Shown in pieces: positions 21,041 to 30,319 of a DNA stretch of 64,000 nucleotides. The notes below the pieces were generated by a model, which was not told the origin of the DNA, did not search any database, and saw only the letters and a list, made by a program, of their open reading frames with translations. Source of the stretch: Candidatus Bathyarchaeota archaeon. GTDB taxonomy: Archaea; Thermoproteota; Bathyarchaeia; Bathyarchaeales; Bathycorpusculaceae. Numbering within the stretch: position 1 is the stretch's first letter; the number at the start of each line of letters is the position of its first letter. The DNA lies in assembly GCA_963717465.1 (NCBI GenBank), contig OY970340.1:96001-160000 (forward strand). The letters are read 5' to 3'. The translations under genes were made by a program, and so were the position numbers.

Positions 21041-22402
21041 TTATCCCCATGTTGGGTAATCAAAACCCATATCTTTGAACTCTTTTGTAAATCGGTTATA
21101 GTGGTCCACTAATTCCTTCCTTGGTTTCAAAGTTTCCTGGTCATAGTATTCATAAAGGTTATGTGATAGCTGACCAAAGTCAAAAGCCTTCATAGCTGGT
21201 TCAAATTTCTTGATCCACTCTTTTATGAGCTTGTTGCCTTCACTTACTTTTGTTCCAGCCGCTGCTCTTGTGAATTCACTGCCAAACCTTGCGCTTATCG
21301 CAGGGAAAGTGCCTACCATCCACATTCCTTCTATCCCAGCTACACAACAAGTCATAACTGCCGCCGCTGTTCCATACCAGTCAACTTCATTCATAGGTTG
21401 ATTTAGACCAATTCCGCTAGTAAGCCATGGAGCTTTTATGTTTCTTTCTGCAGCTAAACCTACCGCTGAATTACTCCAAAAGACATCCGCACCTATGTAT
21501 TGATTATCAATGGTGTTGCTCATAGCCTGAGTGAATGAGCCATCAGCATAAGCCATCTGACCTATAGAGTGAGCCATAGATTCAAGTACTGATTCTTCTG
21601 GACCACTAATATACGCGTACAATGTAGGACTGGAACTCTGCCATGGAACAATTCCATGCTGCATAGCAAAGTAGGCAAGATTAATTCTATCAATGACTAT
21701 TCTCATGTCTTGCAGTATGTGTACTGGCATCATGCAGTTCCTAGGTGTGTAGTAGCCAGGGTCAAAAGCTTGCATCAAAGCAACCATGCTCGTTGCAGTC
21801 TCGGGAAAACCAAGTAACATGCCAGGTCTTCCAGCAGCACGCGCCGCAGCAGTCATCAGTTCACATTCAGTGTGAACCATCAGGGTTTCAGTAGGCGTTC
21901 CTCCTGTCGGTTTCTGACCAAAAGACGCCTCAATAATCGCGGGTATCATCCCGTCCGTCGTCGGTTCGCGAGCCATAAGATAAACAGCATCTCTCCATTG
22001 TCCTACGTCACTGCCCATCCAACCGCCAGCATTCAAACAGTATGGATGCTGCTTATCTTCAGGAGCTCTAATGTGCATTCTTAGTATATCTCTGCCTGTT
22101 CCCCACTCAACCTCATGCTTTCTTGTCTTAACAACTTCTTTAAGTTCATTTTCAGTGAACTTGACGAGGTGCTTAGTGTCTTTGCAATACAAACCGCATT
22201 GAACCAACAATTGTATGCCGGCTTCAAAAATAGCATCAGCCATTGCTGCATCCGACATAATTGGTTCGCCGTCAAATTTAATCTTGTAGTCTTGCACTAG
22301 TTTCTTGAGGATTGTTGGAAAATACGTGTTTTCAAATTCGTCTTCTTTCATTATTGGACCCGTTCGGGTTCTTTCTAAAACTTCCCACAATAAATGTCCC
22401 AT
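21041..22402 (-). CDS. MtmB-family corrinoid methyltransferase lacking pyrrolysine
   Basis: ERTRTGP, ADAIFEAG...G.YCKDT and AGRPGM..G.PET motifs. No in-frame TAG. Confidence 0.85.
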   Translation of the reverse strand: MGHLLWEVLERTRTGPIMKEDEFENTYFPTILKKLVQDYKIKFDGEPIMSDAAMADAIFEAGIQLLVQCGLYCKDTKHLVKFTENELKEVVKTRKHEVEWGTGRDILRMHIRAPEDKQHPYCLNAGGWMGSDVGQWRDAVYLMAREPTTDGMIPAIIEASFGQKPTGGTPTETLMVHTECELMTAAARAAGRPGMLLGFPETATSMVALMQAFDPGYYTPRNCMMPVHILQDMRIVIDRINLAYFAMQHGIVPWQSSSPTLYAYISGPEESVLESMAHSIGQMAYADGSFTQAMSNTIDNQYIGADVFWSNSAVGLAAERNIKAPWLTSGIGLNQPMNEVDWYGTAAAVMTCCVAGIEGMWMVGTFPAISARFGSEFTRAAAGTKVSEGNKLIKEWIKKFEPAMKAFDFGQLSHNLYEYYDQETLKPRKELVDHYNRFTKEFKDMGFDYPTWG

Positions 22403-22618
22403 ATTTTTTTCACCTTGCTTGCTTATTCTTTTCTTTTATCTTTTAATTATTTCTATTCCCGTGCAGCGTTTTGTTCATTCAATAGCTATGTTAGCTCGCA
22501 TAGATCAGAACATTCAGATTCTACCAAGGCAATGTTAGTTTTGATGTTGCATTTTTTAGAATTGTTTTTTGCATTCATTTTTTTTATCACGGGTTGCTAA
22601 TATATGCGTTCTGATAGA

Positions 22619-22730
22619 TAATTAAGTTAAATCATAAAGCAATTTCAGCTTTCGACACAAAACGGAAATAATTAGCCCATTGATAACAAATATTGTTGCA
22701 TTTCAACTTTTTTTTTGGCACAATGTGCAA
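22619..22730 (-). promoter_or_regulatory. Regulon promoter module 1 (mtmB-like gene)
   Basis: taattaag TATA, tttcgacacaaaa box, and cacaatgtg 100 bp from the TATA. Confidence 0.8.
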
Positions 22731-22832
22731 TCAATCTTTTAAGTTCCTTATTATTTTGGCTTAAACTGCCCAGGTGAAAACTGCTAAAAATGAAAGTAGC
22801 GTGGAGTAAGTAACAATGCTGCTTCGTGTCGA

Positions 22833-23441
22833 TTAAGACACGTCAACGGGTACTTTTGATGTGTGATCGCTTGTATTTTTATTGGGATTTGATTGTTTTG
22901 AGAGGTCAAAAAGGGCTTCCAAGTTTCGCAGCGAAAACGGCATTGGGGCGGACTTGCCCGTATGAAACATGACAGCGTGGGTGTTAAAGTTTCTTGGTCG
23001 GTGTTGCATTACCATCGATTCTTTTTGTACTTCATTAAACAATTCGATATAATCGTCGTAACTCTTGTGCACTGATATTACAAACCAGTTATTTCCCGAT
23101 AAACCTAGATCTTCAAGAACGCATAATACCTGAGGGTGTTTTTTCATTAATGCACGAAATTCAGAAGGATGAGCTGCATTTACTGTCTCAGGCGTTGAGG
23201 CGAATGTAAATACGATAACGTTTAAGCCTAATTTGTGGAAATCAGGAATTACAGTGTATTCTTTTATGTAACCTTCCTGCTCCAGCTTTCTCCTTCTCCT
23301 GGACAATGTCGTATTATTTATTCCAAGAGTTTTTGCAATTTCCCTATCGCTTTTGCCACCTAGCGCCATCAGAGCGAACAAGACTTTCAGTTTTTCCTGA
23401 GTCTTCTTGTCCAACGCACCCTCTTTGTTGGAATTACTCAT
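22833..23441 (-). CDS. Lrp/AsnC-like transcriptional regulator (paralog 1)
   Basis: KSDREIAKTLGINNTTLSRRRRKLEQEGYIKEYT HTH followed by a RAM-like domain. Confidence 0.85.
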   Translation of the reverse strand: MSNSNKEGALDKKTQEKLKVLFALMALGGKSDREIAKTLGINNTTLSRRRRKLEQEGYIKEYTVIPDFHKLGLNVIVFTFASTPETVNAAHPSEFRALMKKHPQVLCVLEDLGLSGNNWFVISVHKSYDDYIELFNEVQKESMVMQHRPRNFNTHAVMFHTGKSAPMPFSLRNLEALFDLSKQSNPNKNTSDHTSKVPVDVS

Positions 23442-23682
23442 AGAGTGAAATACACTGCTGACAGTTTTAAGTTTTCTTATTTTGCATGTCTAATAATAAA
23501 ATAGTAATTTCATGCAAAAATATTGGCTTAAAACGCAACAAAATACTAACTCTTAACCTTTTTCCGCTCTTCCGCTTGATGAGTTTCCATATAGTTATCA
23601 TGAGACATAAAGAATAATCTGCTTATTAACGGAAGAAGAAAAGGGATTTTTTTGCTTGGATTTCTTAAGACGTCTTGGCAGT

Positions 23683-24102
23683 CTACTCTGGTAGACCTGG
23701 AAACTCGCCTTTAATCTGCTGATAAACCTTCTTTAATGGCTCTTCAACTGGCGCCATGAAACCCAGATCACCCAGGTCACCCGACAACAGTGACATGGCT
23801 CCTTGCGAAAACAACGCGTCAGCACCCATCTTACCAGACCACCAATCATTTAGGTATTTAAGCTTAAGATACTGAATAGCCGCATTAGCCTCATCAACAC
23901 TACCCTTATTCACAACCCACTTCTTACCCTTCGAACCAATCTGCCAAACAACATCAGGAACATCACCAATACTCAACTCAACAATCATGTCATTCTCCTG
24001 ATCCTTACACGCATCAATAATAGCAGGATCATCAGCAAGCTTAGAATACAACTTATACGCGAAATTCATCAACTTATCTTCATAAGACATAACATTTTCC
24101 AC
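23683..24102 (-). CDS. SCP2 (sterol carrier protein 2)-like lipid-binding protein
   Basis: Size and pattern (W.I...K..VNKG...A...SGKMGADALFSQGAM...GDL) fit the SCP2 fold. Confidence 0.6.
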   Translation of the reverse strand: MENVMSYEDKLMNFAYKLYSKLADDPAIIDACKDQENDMIVELSIGDVPDVVWQIGSKGKKWVVNKGSVDEANAAIQYLKLKYLNDWWSGKMGADALFSQGAMSLLSGDLGDLGFMAPVEEPLKKVYQQIKGEFPGLPE

Positions 24103-24182
24103 CTTTCATTTTAAATTTTAGATTTTATACAGAGAAAAGAAAAAGAGGATAGATATTTTTGTTTTTCGGTTTTGCAGTTTAT

Positions 24183-24836
24183 TTAAGTTTTGCCTACGAG
24201 CATTCGTGCTTTTTTGATTGCGTCGCCGCAGTCTGCACCCCAAGTATCAGCCTTAATCCGCTTGCAGAAATCATCAGTCATCGGAGTACCGCCAACAAGC
24301 ACCTTATACTTCTTACGCAACCCACGCTCAACAAGCGTATCTACTAATGCTCTCTGATACGACATACTGCTAGTCATCAACGCACCCATAGCAACAATAT
24401 CAGCATGAACCTCTTCAGCCTTCTTCACATAGTCCTCGGTTGGAATCTCTTCACCTAAGTCATAAACGTCAAAGCCATCGGTACGCAACATGTCAGCAAT
24501 CAAGTTCTTGCCGATGCTGTGGATGTCACCGAAAGCCGTGCCAATTACGACTATGCCTTTTGCCTTTGGCAGCTTGTCTTTGGGATACTTTTCTTTGAGA
24601 TAGTTAACTGCAGCAGTCATCGCGTTAGCAGCCATAATCACGTAGGGTAGAGGATATTCAAAGCGGCCAAAACGGTCACCAACCTCTTTGATGCCAACAG
24701 ATAAGCCTTTCTCGATAGCATCCATAATCTCCAGCTTGTTCTCAACAGCTTCTTTTGCCGCTGCAACAGCCTTTTCCTCATCATAGTCAATGATTGCTTT
24801 AGCGAGGTGTTCAAGTACTTCAGCTTTAGTTACCAT
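24183..24836 (-). CDS. Methyltransferase cognate corrinoid protein (MttC/MtbC-like), copy 1
   Basis: GDIHSIGKN B12-binding motif, GALMTSSM, VGG, and N-terminal cap domain. Confidence 0.95.
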   Translation of the reverse strand: MVTKAEVLEHLAKAIIDYDEEKAVAAAKEAVENKLEIMDAIEKGLSVGIKEVGDRFGRFEYPLPYVIMAANAMTAAVNYLKEKYPKDKLPKAKGIVVIGTAFGDIHSIGKNLIADMLRTDGFDVYDLGEEIPTEDYVKKAEEVHADIVAMGALMTSSMSYQRALVDTLVERGLRKKYKVLVGGTPMTDDFCKRIKADTWGADCGDAIKKARMLVGKT

Positions 24837-24861
24837 ATATGATTCCTTCTTTTTTGTCTCC

Positions 24862-26451
24862 TTAGAATCTTGCGCCTGTGCCTGATTTGTCTATTGTGTA
24901 GCCGCCGATCTGGTACATTTTATCGTATCTGGCTATGATTGCATTCATTCTGTCTGCTACTTCTTTTGGTGGCAGTGGAGCAGGGAAGTCTTTAATGATC
25001 TTCTGGGTTAAAGCGTTTGCACGATCATCCATGCATTTCTTGTCCTCGATCCATCGTAGATATTGTCTAACTTCCCACAAACCGTAACCGTGACGCATCG
25101 GAGCGAACATTAATTCCATCATATTTTTCACTGTATCCTTGTCCTTCATGAAGTCGCCTCTGGGACCCTTATTAAGCCACCCTTCAGGTTGGTAACTCTT
25201 GGCTGAAAAGTCAACGTCCCTGAAATACCACTTCATTATTCTAATCATTTCAGCGCATATAGCATAACCCATCATGTTGATTCCGTTTGGACCTACGGTT
25301 GTGGACCATTCTCCTGTCTGATCAGTACCGTTTTGGAATGCATTAAGCAAATGCCAACTCATCATGCCGTTTTGCGTATCAGAACCACCAGCGCCAACCG
25401 ATCCTACGGCTTGGCCAGGCCACATCGTAGCTTTTGGTCGACTGTAATTGCGGTGCCAGAAGTTCACGTGAATAGCAAGTGCCTTACTAAATATTTCTTC
25501 AGTGGTTGCTAATTGCTGAGTGTATGGGTCCATAGGCATGACCAGATCGTAAGTCATAACTGGGACATGGCCTTTCCCAACTCCGTTCAATCCCAAACTT
25601 AAACCTACTGACATCGATAAAGCTGCGGCAACAGTAACTGCGTAAGCTCCCGTTAAGCTGCATGGACCTTGGAATCCAGGTATGCAAACATCTGTGTAGT
25701 CTATAAGCAGAGGTCTGCTCTTCGCCCAGCCTTCTAAAGTTCCGCTCATTCTGTCACTTGTTTTTTGGCCGTAAACTAGACCTGGTGTGTCTCCATGGTT
25801 AGTTATGAATGGTCTCTTCGCAAGCTCATCAAATCCTCCGAGAACCTCAGCGGCTAAATCAGTGTAACATTCAATATGATCAATTGCGTCAATATGCCAA
25901 ATATGCTTTGTAGTGCATTGAATAGTACTGTTGAGATCATGAGTATCCACTGGCAAACCAGCCTCAGCCAAATCCATAGGTAAGTATATGGGGCTAGTCA
26001 TGTCATACTCGGGGAAGTACTCAACAACTTTTTGCTCTTTCCAGTTGTCAGCATCTACTCCATCTCGGAATTCAAATAGTCGTGTATCAGGATTCCATTT
26101 TGCATAAAGGGCCATTATGCCGAAAGCTCCAACAAAGACATTGTTGCTTCCTGCTTGCATAAAGCAGTCTTCTTTAGGAGCCCTACCTGGCAGAACCAAG
26201 TTGCTCGGCACTGCGTCTATGCCTTCGACTGCAATAGCTTCAGGAATTTTTACGATTCCCTTCTTCTCATCAACAACGGTGCAACCTATGTCTTTGTAGA
26301 TTTTTTGAAGCTTAGGTGTGAGACCTCCAACCCCAACTCTTTCTAATAGATAAACTGCGGCTTGATGTATTGACATTAGTTCTTCTCTCGTCGCTATAGG
26401 CGGAGAAAATCTCTTAGGTATATTTGTTCCAGTTCTCATTTTTCTTTTCAA
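24862..26451 (-). CDS. MttB-superfamily methyltransferase, pyrrolysine-free, copy 1
   Basis: IHQAAVYLLERVG, GPCSLTG, D.Q.G, GPRGDF and PLPPKEV..MNAII pattern; directly upstream of the corrinoid gene; no TAG. Confidence 0.8.
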   Translation of the reverse strand: MKRKMRTGTNIPKRFSPPIATREELMSIHQAAVYLLERVGVGGLTPKLQKIYKDIGCTVVDEKKGIVKIPEAIAVEGIDAVPSNLVLPGRAPKEDCFMQAGSNNVFVGAFGIMALYAKWNPDTRLFEFRDGVDADNWKEQKVVEYFPEYDMTSPIYLPMDLAEAGLPVDTHDLNSTIQCTTKHIWHIDAIDHIECYTDLAAEVLGGFDELAKRPFITNHGDTPGLVYGQKTSDRMSGTLEGWAKSRPLLIDYTDVCIPGFQGPCSLTGAYAVTVAAALSMSVGLSLGLNGVGKGHVPVMTYDLVMPMDPYTQQLATTEEIFSKALAIHVNFWHRNYSRPKATMWPGQAVGSVGAGGSDTQNGMMSWHLLNAFQNGTDQTGEWSTTVGPNGINMMGYAICAEMIRIMKWYFRDVDFSAKSYQPEGWLNKGPRGDFMKDKDTVKNMMELMFAPMRHGYGLWEVRQYLRWIEDKKCMDDRANALTQKIIKDFPAPLPPKEVADRMNAIIARYDKMYQIGGYTIDKSGTGARF

Positions 26452-26498
26452 TCTCCCGTTATTTATTTGAATCTGTAAGTCTAAGTCGCCTTGTTAGG

Positions 26499-26610
26499 TA
26501 TTTAACTTAAATCATAAGCGATTCTCTTCTTCTGCTACAAAACTTGTCTGCCCACAGAAATAACCATCAAGATTGCTTCATTATGAGACGTTTTTTAATA
26601 CATTGTGCAA
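26499..26610 (-). promoter_or_regulatory. Regulon promoter module 2 (mttB-like 1)
   Basis: tatttaac, ttctgctacaaaa, and tacattgtg at 100 bp. Confidence 0.8.
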
Positions 26611-26776
26611 AATTTTTTTTGGCTTTTAACGAGAAAAGCAGTAAGACGCGATTAGTGAAAGAAGTCTTCAGGAAAAAAGTCTTGCGTAACACCAGGCGTT
26701 TTCAGTATATAAACACATTCGGCTTCTAAGCGACATACAAAAATTAAGAAAATAAAAAGGGGAGTGTAGTTGTTTT

Positions 26777-29092
26777 TTATGGTCCAATAGGTCCGATGTT
26801 GGCTGAGTACACTTTTGCAAGATTAACTTTGAAGCACCAAGCTCCAAGTTCAGGACTAAGCTGCTCTGGACTATCTGGCACTGTAACGTTGATGTTCCAG
26901 TCTGCCCATCCATAAAGTGTTGGTTCCTCAGCTGGTAATTCAGGACGCCACCAGCCATGCTCGGGTGAAACGATTTTTGGATTTACTCCGAAGTCGTAAC
27001 GTACTGTCTGCATGCATCTGCCAAGCGGCGTCTCAATGTAAATCCATTCGCCATCGCCAATGCCCATGTTACGAGCCGTCAGTGGATGCATTTTTACACG
27101 TGGAAACGGACGCAAATGACGCATCAATGTTAAATGTCGATGTTCGCCATGCTGTGCTTCTTGGAATCTGGCTCCACTGCACATAATCAACGGATAATCT
27201 TTTGCAATATCAGGCGCACTTACCGGAGTCCAAGCGCACTCCACATAGTACGGCAGAGGATCAAACCCAAAGTCCTCCAGAATCGTTGAGTAGAATACAA
27301 CTTTGCCTTCAGGGGTTCCGAAGCCTCTAATCAATCCAGTGGTTGGATCAATTTGCTCGTACTTCTTGAACGTGGGGTTCCATGGTGGTACACCTTTCCA
27401 TTCGCCTATAACTTGCTTACGTGTCCAGCCTACTGGCTCATAGAACCAATCTTGGAACTGCTCTAAAGTCTTCCATTTCCAAACTCTATCGATTTTTTCG
27501 TTACCCAACATTTTAGCAGCAATGTGTCGGAATATTACCGCGTCGTCTTCTAAGTCCCACAATCCCGGTATCTTTTGAGCTACTGCACGATCGCCTGCAA
27601 TCTCAAACTCGATTGATCCTTGACATGAAATGGTTGCATATCCAGAAGGTCTCTCGAATTGACTAGTACCAGGCAGCACATAATCTGCTAACATGGCCTC
27701 AGGTGTCATCGAAGCGCATTCCACATAAACGAACAGTTCAAGCTTCTTAAGAGCTTCATAAATCTTCTTAGTGTTCGGATAACCTCGCATTGGACCTATT
27801 TCACCAGCCAACATCGCCTTAACAGGGTAAGGTTTTTCCGTCAAAATTGCCTCTATCGTTGCAGGCCAATTTGGAGCAATTGGTCCGGTATGTGGACCAC
27901 CCTTCCAATAGCCTTTGTCCATTCCTGCCTCAACAAGCGCTGCACCACCTGGCATCGTTAGCATCTTATACTTGTCCGACCCTATCTGTTTCTCCATTAT
28001 GCCCATATCAGTTTCATTAGCACAATCTGCAGCGGCTTCAGCACCCGAATAGAACTTGGGTTTTTGGTGCAGATATTCTCCGCCTTCTATGTCTATGTTG
28101 CCTGTTAACGCGGGCAGCATATATTTTGATCGAACGTTGTTTAATGAGTTCCTGCCTGCCGATTCGATTGCATAACCGAATGGGAAAGTGCATGGACTGT
28201 TTTTCACTACCCACCTAGCTGCCTCTCTGATTCTCTCGGCAGGAATCCAAGTTATTTCCGCAGCTTTCTCAGGAGTATACTGCTTGGCTCTTTCTTTGAG
28301 CTTGTCAAATCCAAAAGTCCACTTCTCCACGAAATCATGATCGTACAAGTCTTCTTCGATGATCACGTTTATCATAGCCATATTTAGTGCAGTGTCAGTT
28401 CCAGGCCTAATCGCCAACCACATTTCAGAAAGTCTAGTTGTTTCCGTATATTTTGGATCGACATTGAGCATTTTTACGCCAGCCTCTATTCCTGCAACAA
28501 ATCCTGGCCAAGAATACGTCCAAGATTCACTTGGGTTTGTGCCAGTTGTAAAGATACCCTTTGTTTTACCGGGAGTTATCATTGCATACGTTAATCCCAC
28601 GCCGTAGCCTAATCCTAAGGCTTGGTACGTGGGTCCAGCTCATGTGGTAGCTGCAGCAGAACCCCAGTTTGGGGAGCCTATCAACATACAGAGTTGATAC
28701 AGTCCCAAAGCAAGGTTTGCGGCTCGACCTGTGCCGTGGAATCCGCATACGGATTCGCCGCCATTCTTTGCTATGATTTCTTTTAGTTTATCAGATATTT
28801 CACTAATTGCTTGTTCCCAAGATATTTTCTGCCATTTGCCTTCGCCACGCTTGCCTATACGCTTCATCGGGTACATTGGCCTATCCTTATGATAAATGTA
28901 CTCAACACCATACTTCCACTTCTGACAATAAGGACCAGGATTAAATGGACTATCCCAATCAGGCTCAATCTTTGTGATTTTTCCGTTCTCAACCGTCTCG
29001 ACAAGTTGGCAGGAACCAGTACTGCAAAAACCGCAAACGCATCTATGAATCCCATCGAAACTCTTTGGATCTTCAAGTTTTTCACTCATCAT
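26777..29092 (-). CDS. Mo/W-bis-PGD oxidoreductase, acetylene-hydratase-like clade, copy 1; 771 aa with in-frame TGA (codon 151, probable selenocysteine)
   Basis: CxxCxxxxC..C Fe-S motif, ISWEQA, IRPGTD, ADYVLP and HGWW motifs. ORFs 28640..29092 and 26777..28600 are in the same frame and separated only by TGA at 28642-28640. Confidence 0.9.
28596..28633 (-). promoter_or_regulatory. SECIS-like hairpin 6 nt downstream of the in-frame UGA (copy 1)
   Basis: CCCACG-UA-CC-A-AGCCU-UAGGAUU-AGGCU-AC-GG-CGUGGG; conserved in the paralog. Confidence 0.7.
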
Positions 29093-29167
29093 TCTATCTC
29101 CTATTTTCTCTTTAACCCATTTTTATTGTGCTTTCAACACAAGCCTTAACATATGCGGTCTGATTAC

Positions 29168-29279
29168 TATTTAAAGTTGAATTATAACCGTTTTTTGCTT
29201 TTGCTACAAAAATAGGAATTATCATAAAATAGCAGGGACACTTGTCGCATTATGAATAAAATTTTGATACAATGTGCAA
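29168..29279 (-). promoter_or_regulatory. Regulon promoter module 3 (Mo/W enzyme 1)
   Basis: tatttaaa, ttttgctacaaaa, and tacaatgtg at 100 bp. Confidence 0.8.
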
Positions 29280-29434
29280 TTTCCTTTTTTCTGGTTTGCA
29301 TTGCAAAACAAAACAAGTACTAAACACAATTCAACAACACTATTCTTGGATCTTTCCGTTGAACTATTAAACAAAAGATGAAAGCGCTAAAAAAACCTAA
29401 TTCACACCCATAGATATTGAGTCCTTAACTTAAG

Positions 29435-29736
29435 AAATTGACAACACAACAGCTAGTGGCTGCAGGAAATTAGGAGATACGTTAGTATCTACCTGTAGCC
29501 ACTACCAAGGCTATAGGAAAGAGGGATTAACTTTCCTATAGCCATCTACCTAAAGGTGAATAAATTTTGTTATTCTGTACGAAGCATCGTTCGCCTATCT
29601 TGCCTGTATTTCACATTAAATTCTCATGGACTGCGTAGTGCTTGGGGATGCCGTGATAGCTTGATGCCGAGCCCTCGTTTACCGTTGTTGGATGAGACAA
29701 TCTGTCCTTGATTTTTACTCTTTCAGTTTTACTTTT
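29435..29736 (-). ncRNA. Candidate small RNA C, with two 13-bp hairpins at its 3' end; homologous to sRNA A
   Basis: Downstream of promoter module 4 with no convincing CDS. Hairpins at 29454-29504 and 29509-29543. Shares both flanks with 30331-30405. Confidence 0.55.
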
Positions 29737-29758
29737 TTATTATCAATTGCTCTGTGGA

Positions 29759-29867
29759 TATTTAAATTAAATTATAAGCTGACTTTGAGTTTCGCAACAA
29801 AAAAAGAAATTTCACCCAATCATCATTTACATAATTGCATTAAAGCATCATTTTTAGCACAATGTGG
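29759..29867 (-). promoter_or_regulatory. Regulon promoter module 4 (no downstream CDS)
   Basis: tatttaaa, tttcgcaacaaaa, and cacaatgtg at 99 bp. Confidence 0.75.
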
Positions 29868-30001
29868 TATCCGTCTTTTTTTGATTTTCATCGAATCGTT
29901 TGTGCATAGAAAAGGCAATATTGGAAACCATTAAAAAGTACACGTTTAAAGTGAACGTTTTTTGATTACCCAAAAAAATCGGCAATTTAGCAGAAAGTGG
30001 T

Positions 30002-30080
30002 AAAAAAAAAAAGTAATCGATCAGAATATTTAGAAGCACTCATAACAAACTGACGACGGTCGCGAGGTACCGACGACCGC
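30002..30080 (-). ncRNA. Candidate small RNA B (about 80 nt; 5' GC hairpin, U11 terminator)
   Basis: GCGGUCG...CGACCGU hairpin starts at the expected TSS of module 5 and ends in 11 U. Confidence 0.6.
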
Positions 30081-30102
30081 ATCGTTATGGTAACGTGTAG
30101 GA

Positions 30103-30210
30103 TATTTAAGTTAAATTGCAAGCAAGTTACGGGTTTTGCCACAAAACTAGATAATAGATTTAATCTCTGCCGATTAAGTTGCATTCAGAACAATTTTCTA
30201 ACACAATGTG
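30103..30210 (-). promoter_or_regulatory. Regulon promoter module 5 (no downstream CDS)
   Basis: tatttaag, ttttgccacaaaa, and cacaatgtg at 99 bp. Confidence 0.8.
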
Positions 30211-30319
30211 GAGGGTTCTTCTTTGGTTATTATTGAAGTATTACGGTAGAGTTTACGTATTATTTGTATTAGAGGCCTCTAAAGCCATCTTTAAATATGC
30301 ATATTTTTCTTAATAATAA

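Noticed and set aside
26640..26776. Archaeal 3'UTR SECIS after the Mo/W genes (also 34700-34828)
   Set aside because: U-rich terminators follow the stops closely and I see no shared GAA/A stem-loop.
28600..28642. Mo/W enzyme as two separate subunits (150 aa + 607 aa, GTG restart)
   Set aside because: The split would delete the metal-ligand residue and 13 conserved codons. The spacer is in frame and conserved as protein in both paralogs.
29611..29700. 29-codon TTG-start ORF on the minus strand after promoter module 4
   Set aside because: Weak RBS, no recognisable motif, and no counterpart behind modules 5 and 6. It cannot be excluded as a leader peptide.
30015..30046. AUGA...AAA...UGA in sRNA B as a eukaryote/Asgard-type SECIS or C/D box
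   Set aside because: The helix is too short for a SECIS, and there is no full RUGAUGA C box.
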